Positions 9,572-19,898 of a DNA stretch of 64,000 nucleotides are shown here, piece after piece (the first letter of the stretch is position 1; every line of letters starts with the position of its first letter). The stretch is from contig JAOKFZ010000002.1 in NCBI GenBank assembly GCA_028247315.1, forward strand, positions 18,438 through 82,437. Reading direction: 5' to 3'. Position numbers and translations under genes: made by a program. The stretch is from Bacteroidia bacterium. Its GTDB lineage: Bacteria > Bacteroidota > Bacteroidia > NS11-12g > UBA9320. Below the pieces are notes generated by a model. That model saw only the letters and a program-made list of their open reading frames with translations, ran no database searches and had not been told where the DNA came from.

Positions 9572-11023
9572 CTATTTTATTTTTTCAAATACATGAATTT
9601 CAAACTCCTTATTATTCAGGGTTATAATAGGTATTGCAGGTACTATACTGTATATCTTATTCCAGCTAGGATCGGTTTCTAGCGATTCTAGAGAGGTGCC
9701 GCTCTCATGTGGGCCAAAATGACCGTCCCAAATAAGAATATCTCCCTCTCGGGTATACTGTAAGCTACTCGCCCAAAAGTCTAAATGTTCTTTTTGGTCG
9801 TATGGATTTATATCTGCGAGTATAGAGAAATAGGGGTACAGATATATTTTTCTTCTTGCTTGAAAATCATGTGTTTCGTACCACACAGCTAGTTTCAGAT
9901 ATTCAGCTTGTTCGGCAGATATTTGCATCGGATACTTATAGGAGTAGTACCTGTACGGCACATAAAATGTATTGATTACCAAAAACAGCAAGGTAAACTG
10001 CCTTACTATTTTGGCTCTAGCTCCTATGTAAGTATCATTATTCTTAAACAAATAGTTGAACCCATAGACCATGAGAATAGATGCCAGTGGTGCTATTACC
10101 ACCATTACACGTACATAACCACAACTTCCCATTTTGCCAAACCACCATATGCCAACGTGGCTGCCAAAATAGAGTGCAAAACAGAGAAGGATAAGTCCAA
10201 TACCCATATCTGTTTTCCAACCCTTAGTAATGGAGCGAATCGCATAAAAAATGCCACCCAACGCAGCAAGTAATGAGGCGATCAATCCAAATGTGTAGTG
10301 TCCTGCATAAAAATAATGAAATAGGCCACCGCTACCACATATGTTTCTTCCTGACAGTTCAAAGTTGATATACGGATTGGAAGTGATAACCCAAAAGGCT
10401 TCGCCCTCTATTGCCCACCCAAGTATATTAAAAACTAGACTACCTACAAATGCATAGGCCAGTGTTTGGTATCTCTTGTCTACTACGATTAGAAAAAAAG
10501 CAATGGCAAAGAGTATGATGAATCCCTCTGAGCGAGCAAATGGTAAGAGACCAGCAAGCACTGCTGATGCTACGTATTTCTTGTCGATGTATAAATATAA
10601 CGTAAGTATGACCAATAGAGCACACAGTGGCTCGGTAATGGCTGAAATAGTATTGTCTAAAAAAATAGGAGAGGTGAGTGTAAAAATGTATCCCAGCCAA
10701 GCATACCGCAGGTTCAGTTTTTGAATAATTTTGTATACCAGAACGGAGCAACCCAATAAAGATAGCATATTGAGCAGTATAGCTCCTGGTATACCAAACT
10801 GAACAAATGGAGATGCTATTAGGTTGTAAATAGGCTTGCCCCATTGGTCTAAAAATAAGGAGGGATAAGACCACGAGTGTCTAGCAATAAGATAATGATT
10901 GTAAGAGTCCATTCCTCCTGAAATTCCAGGAGAGATGTAGGCTACATAGCTTATGAAGGAAAAAACGGCAATAGTCAGGATGGCTAGTGTTGGTACCTCC
11001 CGATTGCGATTTTTTATGTTCAT
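9572..11023 (-). CDS. Polytopic membrane protein, probable GT-C (ArnT/PMT-like) glycosyltransferase
   Basis: About 12 hydrophobic segments; D..HY after TM1; TEPL and ARSEG motifs typical of GT-C enzymes. Confidence 0.6.
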   Translation of the reverse strand: MNIKNRNREVPTLAILTIAVFSFISYVAYISPGISGGMDSYNHYLIARHSWSYPSLFLDQWGKPIYNLIASPFVQFGIPGAILLNMLSLLGCSVLVYKIIQKLNLRYAWLGYIFTLTSPIFLDNTISAITEPLCALLVILTLYLYIDKKYVASAVLAGLLPFARSEGFIILFAIAFFLIVVDKRYQTLAYAFVGSLVFNILGWAIEGEAFWVITSNPYINFELSGRNICGSGGLFHYFYAGHYTFGLIASLLAALGGIFYAIRSITKGWKTDMGIGLILLCFALYFGSHVGIWWFGKMGSCGYVRVMVVIAPLASILMVYGFNYLFKNNDTYIGARAKIVRQFTLLFLVINTFYVPYRYYSYKYPMQISAEQAEYLKLAVWYETHDFQARRKIYLYPYFSILADINPYDQKEHLDFWASSLQYTREGDILIWDGHFGPHESGTSLESLETDPSWNKIYSIVPAIPIITLNNKEFEIHVFEKIK

Positions 11024-11029
11024 TATAAA

Positions 11030-12130
11030 TCAGTAAGTAGACTGCACATTAAGGATATCGTCTATACGTTTTTGAGCAATTAATGTTGCGGCTTTTTGCG
11101 TATGTATATTTTCCTCATCTGCAAGGTTAAAAATGTTCAAGGTAGTGTCGTAAATGTTTTCAGTATCTCTCATCGCATTTTCGCGATTGTAGCCTATTAC
11201 TTCAGAGTAAACGTTTATTAAACCTCCGGCATTGATTAAGAAATCGGGTGCATATAGCAATCCTTTTTCTTTTATCATCACACCATGCTTTTCTTCTATA
11301 GCCAGTTGGTTGTTTGCGGCACCTGCTATTATGTCACAATTTAGTGCATTTATATTTTTAGTATTTAGAATAGCACCAAGTGCACATGGTGCAAAAATAT
11401 CTACGTCTAATCCGTAGATATCATCTCCGCTCACCACAGTGGCACCATATTCAGCAACAGCATGCTTCAAACTACCCTCGTTTATATCCGATACTGTTGC
11501 TATGCCATCTTCTTTAGTTATTAGTTCTAGTAGGTGCATGCCTACTTTACCAATACCTTGTATGGCAATTTGTTTACCCTTCAAACTGTCAGACCCATAA
11601 GCCTTTTTAGCACTAGCTTTCATTCCTATGTACGTACCATATGCAGTTACTGGAGAAGGATCTCCGCCACCGCCCATACTCTCAGGTAAACCAGCTACAC
11701 TATCTGTGCTCATTTTTACATACTCCATATCCTTGGTAGTAGTTCCTACATCCTCTGCAGTGATATATTTACCGTTCAGGTTTTCTATAAACCGACCAAA
11801 TTTACGCATTAGTGCTTCAGACTTGTCTTTCTTGGCATCGCCAATTATTACGGCCTTCGCTCCCCCAAGATTTAATCCTGATATGGCTGCTTTGTATGTC
11901 ATACCGCGAGATAGACGGAGTACATCATTTAGAGCTTCTGCCTCTGTGGCATAATTCCACATACGTGTACCACCAAGACCTGGTCCAAGCACTGTATTGT
12001 GAATGGCTATTATTGCTTTTAGACCAGTAGCATTATCGTTACAAAACACTATTTGCTCGTGATTTGTTGATTCTACTTGAGCAAATAGCCCGTCCTTAGT
12101 TTCGTAGGTTTCTTGGGATGTAACATTCAT
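11030..12130 (-). CDS. ldh: Leucine (Glu/Leu/Phe/Val) dehydrogenase
   Basis: GPGLGGTR, LSRGMTYK, GGAKAVI, YITAEDVG, GAANNQL. Confidence 0.93.
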   Translation of the reverse strand: MNVTSQETYETKDGLFAQVESTNHEQIVFCNDNATGLKAIIAIHNTVLGPGLGGTRMWNYATEAEALNDVLRLSRGMTYKAAISGLNLGGAKAVIIGDAKKDKSEALMRKFGRFIENLNGKYITAEDVGTTTKDMEYVKMSTDSVAGLPESMGGGGDPSPVTAYGTYIGMKASAKKAYGSDSLKGKQIAIQGIGKVGMHLLELITKEDGIATVSDINEGSLKHAVAEYGATVVSGDDIYGLDVDIFAPCALGAILNTKNINALNCDIIAGAANNQLAIEEKHGVMIKEKGLLYAPDFLINAGGLINVYSEVIGYNRENAMRDTENIYDTTLNIFNLADEENIHTQKAATLIAQKRIDDILNVQSTY

Positions 12131-12153
12131 TGTAATTTGGTTTTATATAATGC

Positions 12154-12172
12154 TAGATTTGCTGCAAAAGTA
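12154..12172. promoter_or_regulatory. Overlapping divergent -7 promoter elements (ldh / ABC transporter)
   Basis: TAGATTTG (+, 12154-12161) and TACTTTTG (-, 12165-12172) in a 73-bp divergent gap. Confidence 0.6.
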
Positions 12173-12203
12173 AAATTAATTTTAACTTGTTAAATAACGA
12201 ATA

Positions 12204-13985
12204 TTGAAGTCTCTTTTCTCCTTACGCAAATACATACTACGTTACAAAAAATATATTTTACTCGGATTTATTTTTATCTTATTGTCCAATGTATTTGCGG
12301 TAGTGATACCTCCCATAGTGAGAGAAAGTGTAGATGGTGTAAAGCTTTTGGTAGATAAAGGCGAACTGCCGTCATTTGCTCAGGATTTGCCCGCTTTTTT
12401 TCAGACATCGTCAGGCCTGGCACTATTTGCAGGATTACTTGTTTTGGGTTTTGCTTTGCTCAAAGGACTTTGTATGTTCTTCATGCGGATGACTATTATC
12501 ATCATGTCGAGGCACATAGAGTACGAGCAGAAAAACGATATTTTTAAGCATTATCAGAAATTAGGCCAAGGATTTTATGGTAAAAATTATACGGGTGACC
12601 TTATGAATAGGATAAGTGATGATGTGAGTAAGGTTCGCATGTTCACAGGGCCTGCTATCATGTATTCACTCAACCTTTCGTGTATGATTATCATGGTATT
12701 GAGCCTGATGTTCTACACCAATGCGGAAATTACACTCTATGTTCTTATTCCGCTTCCAATATTGGCTATTACCATCTATCTGGTAAGCGATGCTATGAAT
12801 AAAAAAAGTGACAGGATTCAACGCAAGTTGTCCAATCTTACGTCGTACGCACAAGAGACCTTTGCCGGTATTCACGTTGTAAAATCCTATGCAGCAGAGG
12901 ATGACTACACGCTTGATTTTGAATCAATAAATGAAGAGTACAAGGATGATAATATTGCTCTTGTAAAGATAAATGGAGTCTTTATGCCAGCGGTAATGGG
13001 TTTGGTAGGGTTGAGTATTCTCATAACCGTATACATGGGTGGCAATGCAGTTGTAGACGGTGCGTTTAGCATAGGAAATATTGTAGAGTTTATTATTTAT
13101 GTAACCATGCTCACCTGGCCGGTTGCCAGTTTAGGATACGTCACCTCTCTAGTGCAACGTGGTGCTGCCTCACAAAAACGAATAGACGAGTTTATGAATG
13201 TAGAGCCTGATGAGGATAAAGGTAAAGAGTTAATTGCTAAATTGAGTAAGTCTATAGAATTCAATAACGTGTCATTCTGTTATCCAGAAACAGATGTATG
13301 GGTATTAAAAAATGTTTCGTTTGTTATAGAAGCCAACGAAAAATTTGGAATAATAGGTACTACAGGCAGTGGCAAGAGTACCATTGCTAAGCTATTAGTA
13401 GGTGTCTATAGACCTACTAAAGGAGCGATTATAGTAGATGGTCTTCCTATAGAGCAATACAATAGATCAAATCTTAACAAGCTATTTGGATACGTAGCTC
13501 AGGATGTTTTTTTGTTTTCAGAAACGTTAAGGGATAATATACTTTTCGGTAGTACAGATGCCACCGATGAGAAGAACTTGAAACGAGCCATAGCCTCTGC
13601 TTCTCTTGATATAGAAATAAATGGGTTTCCAAAAGGACTAGAAACCATATTAGGCGAGCGAGGAATTACGCTTAGTGGTGGGCAGAAACAACGTGCAGCT
13701 ATAGCTAGAGCCCTCGTAAAGGATCCAGAAATATTGCTTATCGATGATGGACTATCTGCTGTAGATACTAAAACAGAAGTAGCTATAAAAAACAGTTTAC
13801 ACGGTTGGAATAAATCCCAAACATTTATAAATATCAGCCATAGAGTATCGTCTGTACAGGATTGTAAGTACATTTTATTTCTAGACCATGGTACTATTAT
13901 AGAGCAAGGAAATCACACAGATATGATACGGCTAAAAGGATTATATGCAGACCTGTTTGACAAGCAAATGATGGTGGAAGACTAG
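12204..13985 (+). CDS. ABC transporter, fused permease/ATP-binding (MdlA/MsbA-like exporter)
   Basis: 6-TM N-terminal half; GTTGSGKS, LSGGQKQR, LLIDD. Confidence 0.93.
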   Translation: MKSLFSLRKYILRYKKYILLGFIFILLSNVFAVVIPPIVRESVDGVKLLVDKGELPSFAQDLPAFFQTSSGLALFAGLLVLGFALLKGLCMFFMRMTIIIMSRHIEYEQKNDIFKHYQKLGQGFYGKNYTGDLMNRISDDVSKVRMFTGPAIMYSLNLSCMIIMVLSLMFYTNAEITLYVLIPLPILAITIYLVSDAMNKKSDRIQRKLSNLTSYAQETFAGIHVVKSYAAEDDYTLDFESINEEYKDDNIALVKINGVFMPAVMGLVGLSILITVYMGGNAVVDGAFSIGNIVEFIIYVTMLTWPVASLGYVTSLVQRGAASQKRIDEFMNVEPDEDKGKELIAKLSKSIEFNNVSFCYPETDVWVLKNVSFVIEANEKFGIIGTTGSGKSTIAKLLVGVYRPTKGAIIVDGLPIEQYNRSNLNKLFGYVAQDVFLFSETLRDNILFGSTDATDEKNLKRAIASASLDIEINGFPKGLETILGERGITLSGGQKQRAAIARALVKDPEILLIDDGLSAVDTKTEVAIKNSLHGWNKSQTFINISHRVSSVQDCKYILFLDHGTIIEQGNHTDMIRLKGLYADLFDKQMMVED

Positions 13986-14061
13986 GTGTCATATTTTACT
14001 TAAAGACGGGTTATTACTTTTTTTACTTTCTTTGTAAGATTAACATAAAACAAGCGAGTAG

Positions 14062-14361
14062 ATGGGAGAGTCAAATTATGACAGAGAGGAAGTTTTCTCA
14101 AAGAAAGTAAGGGCAGGAAAAAGAACCTATTTCTTTGATGTAAAAACCACAATGAAGGACGATTTCTACATCACCATAACCGAGAGTAAGAAGCGGTATG
14201 AAGATGGAGGATACGTAAAACACAAATTATTTTTGTACAAAGAGGATTTTAATAAGTTTTCTGAAGCATTTGCCGAAACGGTTAATTACGTCAAGAGTGA
14301 TTTGATGCCAGAATACGACTTTGATGAGTTTTCTCGTAAGGACGTAAACGACTCGCAATAG
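14062..14361 (+). CDS. PUR-family nucleic-acid-binding protein (DUF3276)
   Basis: FSKKVRAGKRTYFFDV...ITESKK...HKLFLYKEDF. Confidence 0.9.
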   Translation: MGESNYDREEVFSKKVRAGKRTYFFDVKTTMKDDFYITITESKKRYEDGGYVKHKLFLYKEDFNKFSEAFAETVNYVKSDLMPEYDFDEFSRKDVNDSQ

Positions 14362-14392
14362 TAAAACTATACTTATTTCAGGATAGAAATTT

Positions 14393-14926
14393 ATGCAAAA
14401 ATCAATCTGGATTTTTGGGACAATTGCCGGCATATTATGTGCAGTGCTTGAATATCTCTTTTTTGGTGGTGAAGGTGGCAATGCCAACGTCATGTTCTTA
14501 GCCAAAATAGCTATACTGCTCATCTGTATTGTTGCTGGTCTTATTCTTATCCGAAAATTAATGGGAGGAGTCATTAGTATAGCCCGCACTATCATGAGCG
14601 GTGTGCTTATTTCCCTTGTACGTGCACTGGTTATGGTAATGGCCTTTGGGTTCTTATATTATCCAAATGGCAGTTTTTATAAAGCAAAAACACAAGAAGC
14701 TTGGGAACAAGCAGAGAAGAAAGTAGCCGTTGATGAAAAAATAAGACCTGCAGATAAACCAATGGAATTGGAAGTGATAAAAGAGCAAATTGCAGCATTG
14801 TACCGACCCCATGGATATACCATGATTACCATCGGAGGAAGTCTGATATCTGGTCTTATCATTGCCATACTTATGGCTGCTTTTATTGGTACCAATACCA
14901 TGTATAATGAGCCAACAAAACAATAA
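14393..14926 (+). CDS. Membrane protein, DUF4199-like
   Basis: Three N-terminal TMs, a soluble helical loop and a C-terminal TM with G.IS.II..I pattern. Confidence 0.65.
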   Translation: MQKSIWIFGTIAGILCAVLEYLFFGGEGGNANVMFLAKIAILLICIVAGLILIRKLMGGVISIARTIMSGVLISLVRALVMVMAFGFLYYPNGSFYKAKTQEAWEQAEKKVAVDEKIRPADKPMELEVIKEQIAALYRPHGYTMITIGGSLISGLIIAILMAAFIGTNTMYNEPTKQ

Positions 14927-15328
14927 ATGGTAAAAATAGAAAGTAATAAGGCTACAATTCGTGTTTCTGCACAAGCGGTGTATGAATACTTGGCCGTTCC
15001 GCAAAACTACAAGATACTCATGCCCAGTAAAGTGAGAAGTTTTGAAGCTACAGCAGACTCTGCAACGTTAGAAATAGAAGGAATTGGTATAGTTGAGCTT
15101 GCCATAACAGAGCGTGTGTCTCCAACTAAAATAGTGATGCTTCCTCAAAATAAAGTACCCTTTAAGTTTGATATACAGTGGAGTATAGTAGCTCATGGCG
15201 AGCATACAGAAGTACAAGCGGTCATTAACGCAGACCTTAATTTTATGATGAAGATGATGGCCGAGGGGTTGCTCAAAGACTTCGTAAATGTACAAGTACA
15301 TAAACTTACAGAACACCTAAAAAAGTGA
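14927..15328 (+). CDS. SRPBCC/CoxG-like protein
   Basis: VYEYL..P.NY..LMP; LNFMMKMM C-terminal helix. Confidence 0.75.
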   Translation: MVKIESNKATIRVSAQAVYEYLAVPQNYKILMPSKVRSFEATADSATLEIEGIGIVELAITERVSPTKIVMLPQNKVPFKFDIQWSIVAHGEHTEVQAVINADLNFMMKMMAEGLLKDFVNVQVHKLTEHLKK

Positions 15329-16065
15329 TAATTACGGCTCTCAAAAAACTTTGGACTATATATTTCTTTGTATGGTTTTTACTCCTGTTCCTGGTGCTGT
15401 ATCCGGCTTTTTTTGTTCTCCTGTCACAAAAAAAATGGTACAGAAAGGCTCATGCTTTGAGAAGACTATGGGGCGATGTGCTCATGGCTATCACTGGTCT
15501 AAGAGGAAAGGTAGAGTATGAAGTACCTTTAGATAGAGGAGCTACGTATGTATTTACACCCAATCACTTCTCTTATTTTGATATAGTGAGTGTAAATACC
15601 CAAATGCCACATTTTTTTAGTTTCATGGCAAAGAAGGAACTAGCCAGTATTCCATTGTTCCGCATTTTCTTTAGGACGATAGACATGCCCGTGGACAGAA
15701 AAAATAAGGAAGGGGCAAAGCGAGCATATTACTTAGCACACAAAAAATTAAAAAATGGTATTAGTCTACTCAATTTCCCAGAAGGGGGAATCGGTCCGCA
15801 AGTACCCGAAATGCGTAAATTTAAACTGGGTCCTTTTAAGCTAGCTATGGAGCACGGTTTGGATGTTGTGCCGATAACGCTACCAGACAATTGGAAACGA
15901 TTGCCTTGTGGAGAATTTATCCCTGCAGGTAGTCCAGGTAAGATGCGAATGTTTGTTCATCGACCAATTCCTACCAAAAATCTAAAATCTGGAGATGAAG
16001 TAGAGCTGGCAGAACGTGTTTATGCTATAATTGAAAATAAATTTAATGAAATGAACGGCTTATGA
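15325..16065 (+). CDS. plsC: 1-acyl-sn-glycerol-3-phosphate acyltransferase (PlsC family)
   Basis: NHFSYFD (HX4D) and FPEGG motifs. Confidence 0.85.
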   Translation: MIITALKKLWTIYFFVWFLLLFLVLYPAFFVLLSQKKWYRKAHALRRLWGDVLMAITGLRGKVEYEVPLDRGATYVFTPNHFSYFDIVSVNTQMPHFFSFMAKKELASIPLFRIFFRTIDMPVDRKNKEGAKRAYYLAHKKLKNGISLLNFPEGGIGPQVPEMRKFKLGPFKLAMEHGLDVVPITLPDNWKRLPCGEFIPAGSPGKMRMFVHRPIPTKNLKSGDEVELAERVYAIIENKFNEMNGL

Positions 16066-16352
16066 GCATATCTGATAAGAAAATAGATGAGTTGGCACAC
16101 CTTGCTAGACTCGAATTTAGTGCTACCGAGAAAGAAGCCATAAAAGGGGACTTAGACCGAATAATTGATTTTTGTGACAAACTAAAAGAGGTAGATACGA
16201 GTGGTGTAGAGCCGCTTATATACCTAAGCCAAGAGCAAACGGTATTGCGTGAAGATGTGGCAAAACAATTACTTTCAAAACAAGAAGCACTAAAAAACTC
16301 TCCATCAGCGGATTCAGATTATTTCAAAGTGCCTAAAGTAATTACGAAGTAA
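16062..16352 (+). CDS. gatC: Asp/Glu-tRNA amidotransferase subunit C
   Basis: LAHLARL...VDTSGVEPL...LRED...YFKVPKVI. Confidence 0.95.
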   Translation: MSISDKKIDELAHLARLEFSATEKEAIKGDLDRIIDFCDKLKEVDTSGVEPLIYLSQEQTVLREDVAKQLLSKQEALKNSPSADSDYFKVPKVITK

Positions 16353-17035
16353 TGGCACTTATTTACCTCGAGAATATATTTAAAACCTATCAGATGGGTA
16401 CTACACAGATTAACGCATTGAATGGCTTAAACTGTGAAATAGGTAAAGGGGAATACGTAGCTTTAATGGGTCCCTCTGGCTCTGGAAAGTCTACGCTCAT
16501 GAACGTTATCGGTTGTCTTGACTCACCCACGTCAGGTGCATATTCACTGAACGGAAATGACGTAAGCAAAATGTCTGATGACGATCTTGCACAGGTCAGG
16601 AATGTAGAAATTGGTTTTGTTTTTCAATCGTTTAATCTCTTGCCTAGAACCAGTGCGTTAGAAAATGTTGCACTACCTTTGGTATATGCTGGTGTAAGTA
16701 AAAAAGAACGACTCAAACGGGCACAATTAGTTTTAGAAAAAGTAGGTTTAGGTGATAGAGGGGACCATAAACCAAATGAATTAAGTGGCGGTCAGCGTCA
16801 GCGAGTGGCTATAGCTCGTGCACTTATCAATAACCCGAGTATTGTATTGGCTGATGAGCCAACAGGGAACCTAGATAGTGCGAGTAGTTTAGAGATAATG
16901 AATCTCTTTGAAGAAATACATGCTGAGGGGAATACCGTAGTAATGGTAACCCACGAAGAAGATATAGCAAAGTATGCAAAACGTACTATTCGTATGATTG
17001 ATGGAAAACTTGCTACGCAGTTGTCTGTTACATAA
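16352..17035 (+). CDS. ABC transporter ATP-binding protein (LolD/MacB-like)
   Basis: [35 protein letters not shown]. Confidence 0.93.
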   Translation: MALIYLENIFKTYQMGTTQINALNGLNCEIGKGEYVALMGPSGSGKSTLMNVIGCLDSPTSGAYSLNGNDVSKMSDDDLAQVRNVEIGFVFQSFNLLPRTSALENVALPLVYAGVSKKERLKRAQLVLEKVGLGDRGDHKPNELSGGQRQRVAIARALINNPSIVLADEPTGNLDSASSLEIMNLFEEIHAEGNTVVMVTHEEDIAKYAKRTIRMIDGKLATQLSVT

Positions 17036-17056
17036 CCAAGATAGTACATAGTAAAG

Positions 17057-17587
17057 ATGAAAATTTATACGAAAACAGGAGATACCGGACAAACCTCTCT
17101 TGTAGGAGGAACACGTGTGAGCAAGGCTAATAACAAAATAGAAGCATATGGTACGGTAGATGAGCTTAATTCCTCGTTAGGAGTGATTGCTGCTTCTCAC
17201 CGCGAGTATTCAGACTTTATCAATAGCATTCAGCATAAACTGTTCAACATAGGAAGTACACTTGCCGCAGAAGAAAATATTGAGTTTGAGTTGCCGAGCA
17301 TTGATGCAGAAGACATCATAGTGTTAGAAAAAGAGATAGACAGATTGACCAAGCGGTTACCTCGACTAAAAAACTTCATATTGCCGGGGGGGTCTATTTT
17401 GAGTGCCTACACACACATGTCGCGATGCATCTGCCGCAGGGCAGAAAGAAGAGTAGTAGAATTAGAAGACCAAGACTACGTTATCCATATCCAATACCTC
17501 AATAGGTTGAGTGATTACCTTTTTATCTTGAGCAGAGAGTTCCTCAGATTAGAAGAAAAGGAAGAAATTATCTGGAAACAAGATTAG
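17057..17587 (+). CDS. ATP:cob(I)alamin adenosyltransferase (PduO type)
   Basis: KIYTKTGD.G.T, YGTVDELNS, CRRAERR, YLNRLSDYLF. Confidence 0.95.
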   Translation: MKIYTKTGDTGQTSLVGGTRVSKANNKIEAYGTVDELNSSLGVIAASHREYSDFINSIQHKLFNIGSTLAAEENIEFELPSIDAEDIIVLEKEIDRLTKRLPRLKNFILPGGSILSAYTHMSRCICRRAERRVVELEDQDYVIHIQYLNRLSDYLFILSREFLRLEEKEEIIWKQD

Positions 17588-17592
17588 GAAGA

Positions 17593-18303
17593 CTACTGTC
17601 TTCCGTACATCATCTTTTCTAGTTCCATAAGTACGTAGCGAGGCATTTCAAACTGCTCGAATTCTTCTATACTCATTTTCAGGTATTTTACTGCCGTGTT
17701 CACATCCTGCTTTCTTTCCAGAGAATTGTTGCCCAACAAGAAAAGAGTTGCTGCTTTCATGGGTACGAGTTGCTGTACACCAGATACAGGACCAGGCATA
17801 GGAACCATAGTAGCTGCTACAGTAGAATCCGTTTCAACGAGAGAAAGAATAGTCGTACTCAAGCTATCAAACATGAATTGATTGCCGTTTTCGTATTGTA
17901 TGACAAGTTTTTGGTACAAGTATTTGTAGTCTCTGGTTTCCTCCATGAGGTTATTGATAAACTTCTCAGCCTTTTCTGTCTCACCAGTCTGTTGGTAAGC
18001 CAACGCCATGTTTTCTTTTAGTTTAGATCCCGCTTTACCTGCGTTGTATACCGATTCCGCATAGCGTATACCTGCGTCAAAATTTCCGTTTCGCATGTAT
18101 ATTCTAGACAATGAGTCCATGTAGTCTGTGTTGGTAGAGTCTATCAGTAGCATTTGATTTAAGGCCAACTTAATTGTCGTAGCATCTTTGTTTTCTATCC
18201 CTTGCTCATACAAGGCTGTATAATCTTTCAACTGTTGGCTTTTATTACTACATGCTGCCAAAATAAGCAGTACAATAAGGATTAAAAATGGTGTTTTATT
18301 CAT
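17593..18303 (-). CDS. TPR-like lipoprotein
   Basis: Lipobox LAAC; helical TPR-like repeats. Confidence 0.7.
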   Translation of the reverse strand: MNKTPFLILIVLLILAACSNKSQQLKDYTALYEQGIENKDATTIKLALNQMLLIDSTNTDYMDSLSRIYMRNGNFDAGIRYAESVYNAGKAGSKLKENMALAYQQTGETEKAEKFINNLMEETRDYKYLYQKLVIQYENGNQFMFDSLSTTILSLVETDSTVAATMVPMPGPVSGVQQLVPMKAATLFLLGNNSLERKQDVNTAVKYLKMSIEEFEQFEMPRYVLMELEKMMYGRQ

Positions 18304-18572
18304 AATTGAAAACAAAAATATGTATAATAATTGGTGTAAAATAAAAAAAATACATTTAAGCGATTAAGCCATTTAAAGTTCTATATATACGTTTTGGGGA
18401 AGTAATTAGAACTTGAGGAGAATAGAATTTATTCGAATACTATTCATGTGGTACATAAACTCACGTATAGATTTATCAGATGAAGAAGTTGACGCTATTA
18501 CACGAAAGGTGATTAAAGTATTTTGGTGGCCTTTGTTTTATGATAAATTTGCATCCAAATAGTACTTTATAC

Positions 18573-19895
18573 ATGTTCGAAAATTTATCCAATCGGTTAG
18601 ACAAAGCATTCCAAACCCTCAAAGGGCACGCTACCCTTACAGAACTCAATATAGCAGAGACTGTAAAAGAAATAAGAAGAGCATTGGTAGATGCAGATGT
18701 AAGCTACAAAATAGCGAAAGATTTCACCAACACTATTAAGGAAAAGGCTATAGGTCAAAATGTACTTACGAGTGTTTCGCCAGGTCAGTTGATGACCAAG
18801 ATAGTAAATGATGAGCTAAAAGAGCTATTAGGAGGAACAACACAACCCCTAGACCTTACCGGTAACCCTACGGTAATATTGATTGCAGGATTACAAGGGT
18901 CGGGTAAGACTACTTTCTCAGGTAAAATAGCGGCACATCTAAAATCTAAAGGCAGAAGCCCACTACTCGTAGCGTGCGATGTATACAGGCCCGCAGCTAT
19001 TAATCAAATAAAAGTGCTTGGTGAGCAAGTGGGCGTACCTGTTTTTGCTAATGAAGAAAATAAAAATCCTGTAAGCATTGCTAACGATGCTATAAAACAT
19101 GCTAAGATAAATCAACACAACGTAGTCATTATAGATACTGCAGGAAGACTGAGTGTAGATGAGAAGATGATGACCGAGATAGGTAGTCTCAAACAAGAAC
19201 TTAACCCGCAAGAGATCCTCTTTGTGGTAGATGCCATGACGGGTCAAGATGCGGTGAACACTGCTAAAGCATTCAATGATAAGTTAGATTTTGACGGAGT
19301 GGTACTCACCAAGCTGGACGGTGATACACGCGGTGGTGCAGCTATATCCATAAAAACGGTAGTCAATAAACCTATAAAGTACTTAAGTACCGGTGAAAAG
19401 ATGGATGCCTTGGATGTGTTTCATCCCGATCGTATGGCAAACCGTATCTTAGGAATGGGTGACATTGTCTCTTTTGTAGAGAAAGCACAACAAACCTTTG
19501 ACAAAGATGAGGCTGCTCAGTTACAGAAGAAAATGCGTAAAAATCAATTTGATTTTGACGATTTCTTGAAGCAACTGAATCAAATAAAGAAAATGGGTAA
19601 TATCAAAGACCTTATGGGGATGATACCCGGAGTTGGTAAAGCGATAAAAGATGTAGATATAGATGATGACAGTTTTAAGGGCATAGAGGCTATTATAAAG
19701 AGTATGACGAAGTACGAGCGTCAAAACCCACAGATACTGGATGGTAGTCGCAAAAAACGAGTTGCACAAGGTAGTGGTACATCTACTGCTGAAGTCAACA
19801 AGTTGGTAAAACAGTTTGACGAAATGCGTAAGATGATGAAAGCGATGAACAGCGGTAAAGGCACTCGTGGCGGTAAAAATCCATTCAAAAGATAA
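18573..19895 (+). CDS. ffh: Signal recognition particle protein
   Basis: MFENLS start; GLQGSGKTT, DTAGR, TKLDGD; Met-rich C-terminal domain. Confidence 0.98.
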   Translation: MFENLSNRLDKAFQTLKGHATLTELNIAETVKEIRRALVDADVSYKIAKDFTNTIKEKAIGQNVLTSVSPGQLMTKIVNDELKELLGGTTQPLDLTGNPTVILIAGLQGSGKTTFSGKIAAHLKSKGRSPLLVACDVYRPAAINQIKVLGEQVGVPVFANEENKNPVSIANDAIKHAKINQHNVVIIDTAGRLSVDEKMMTEIGSLKQELNPQEILFVVDAMTGQDAVNTAKAFNDKLDFDGVVLTKLDGDTRGGAAISIKTVVNKPIKYLSTGEKMDALDVFHPDRMANRILGMGDIVSFVEKAQQTFDKDEAAQLQKKMRKNQFDFDDFLKQLNQIKKMGNIKDLMGMIPGVGKAIKDVDIDDDSFKGIEAIIKSMTKYERQNPQILDGSRKKRVAQGSGTSTAEVNKLVKQFDEMRKMMKAMNSGKGTRGGKNPFKR

Positions 19896-19898
19896 CTA

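Noticed and set aside
16062..16352. gatC without gatA/gatB
   Set aside because: Dispersed gat genes are common in Bacteroidota; not unusual.
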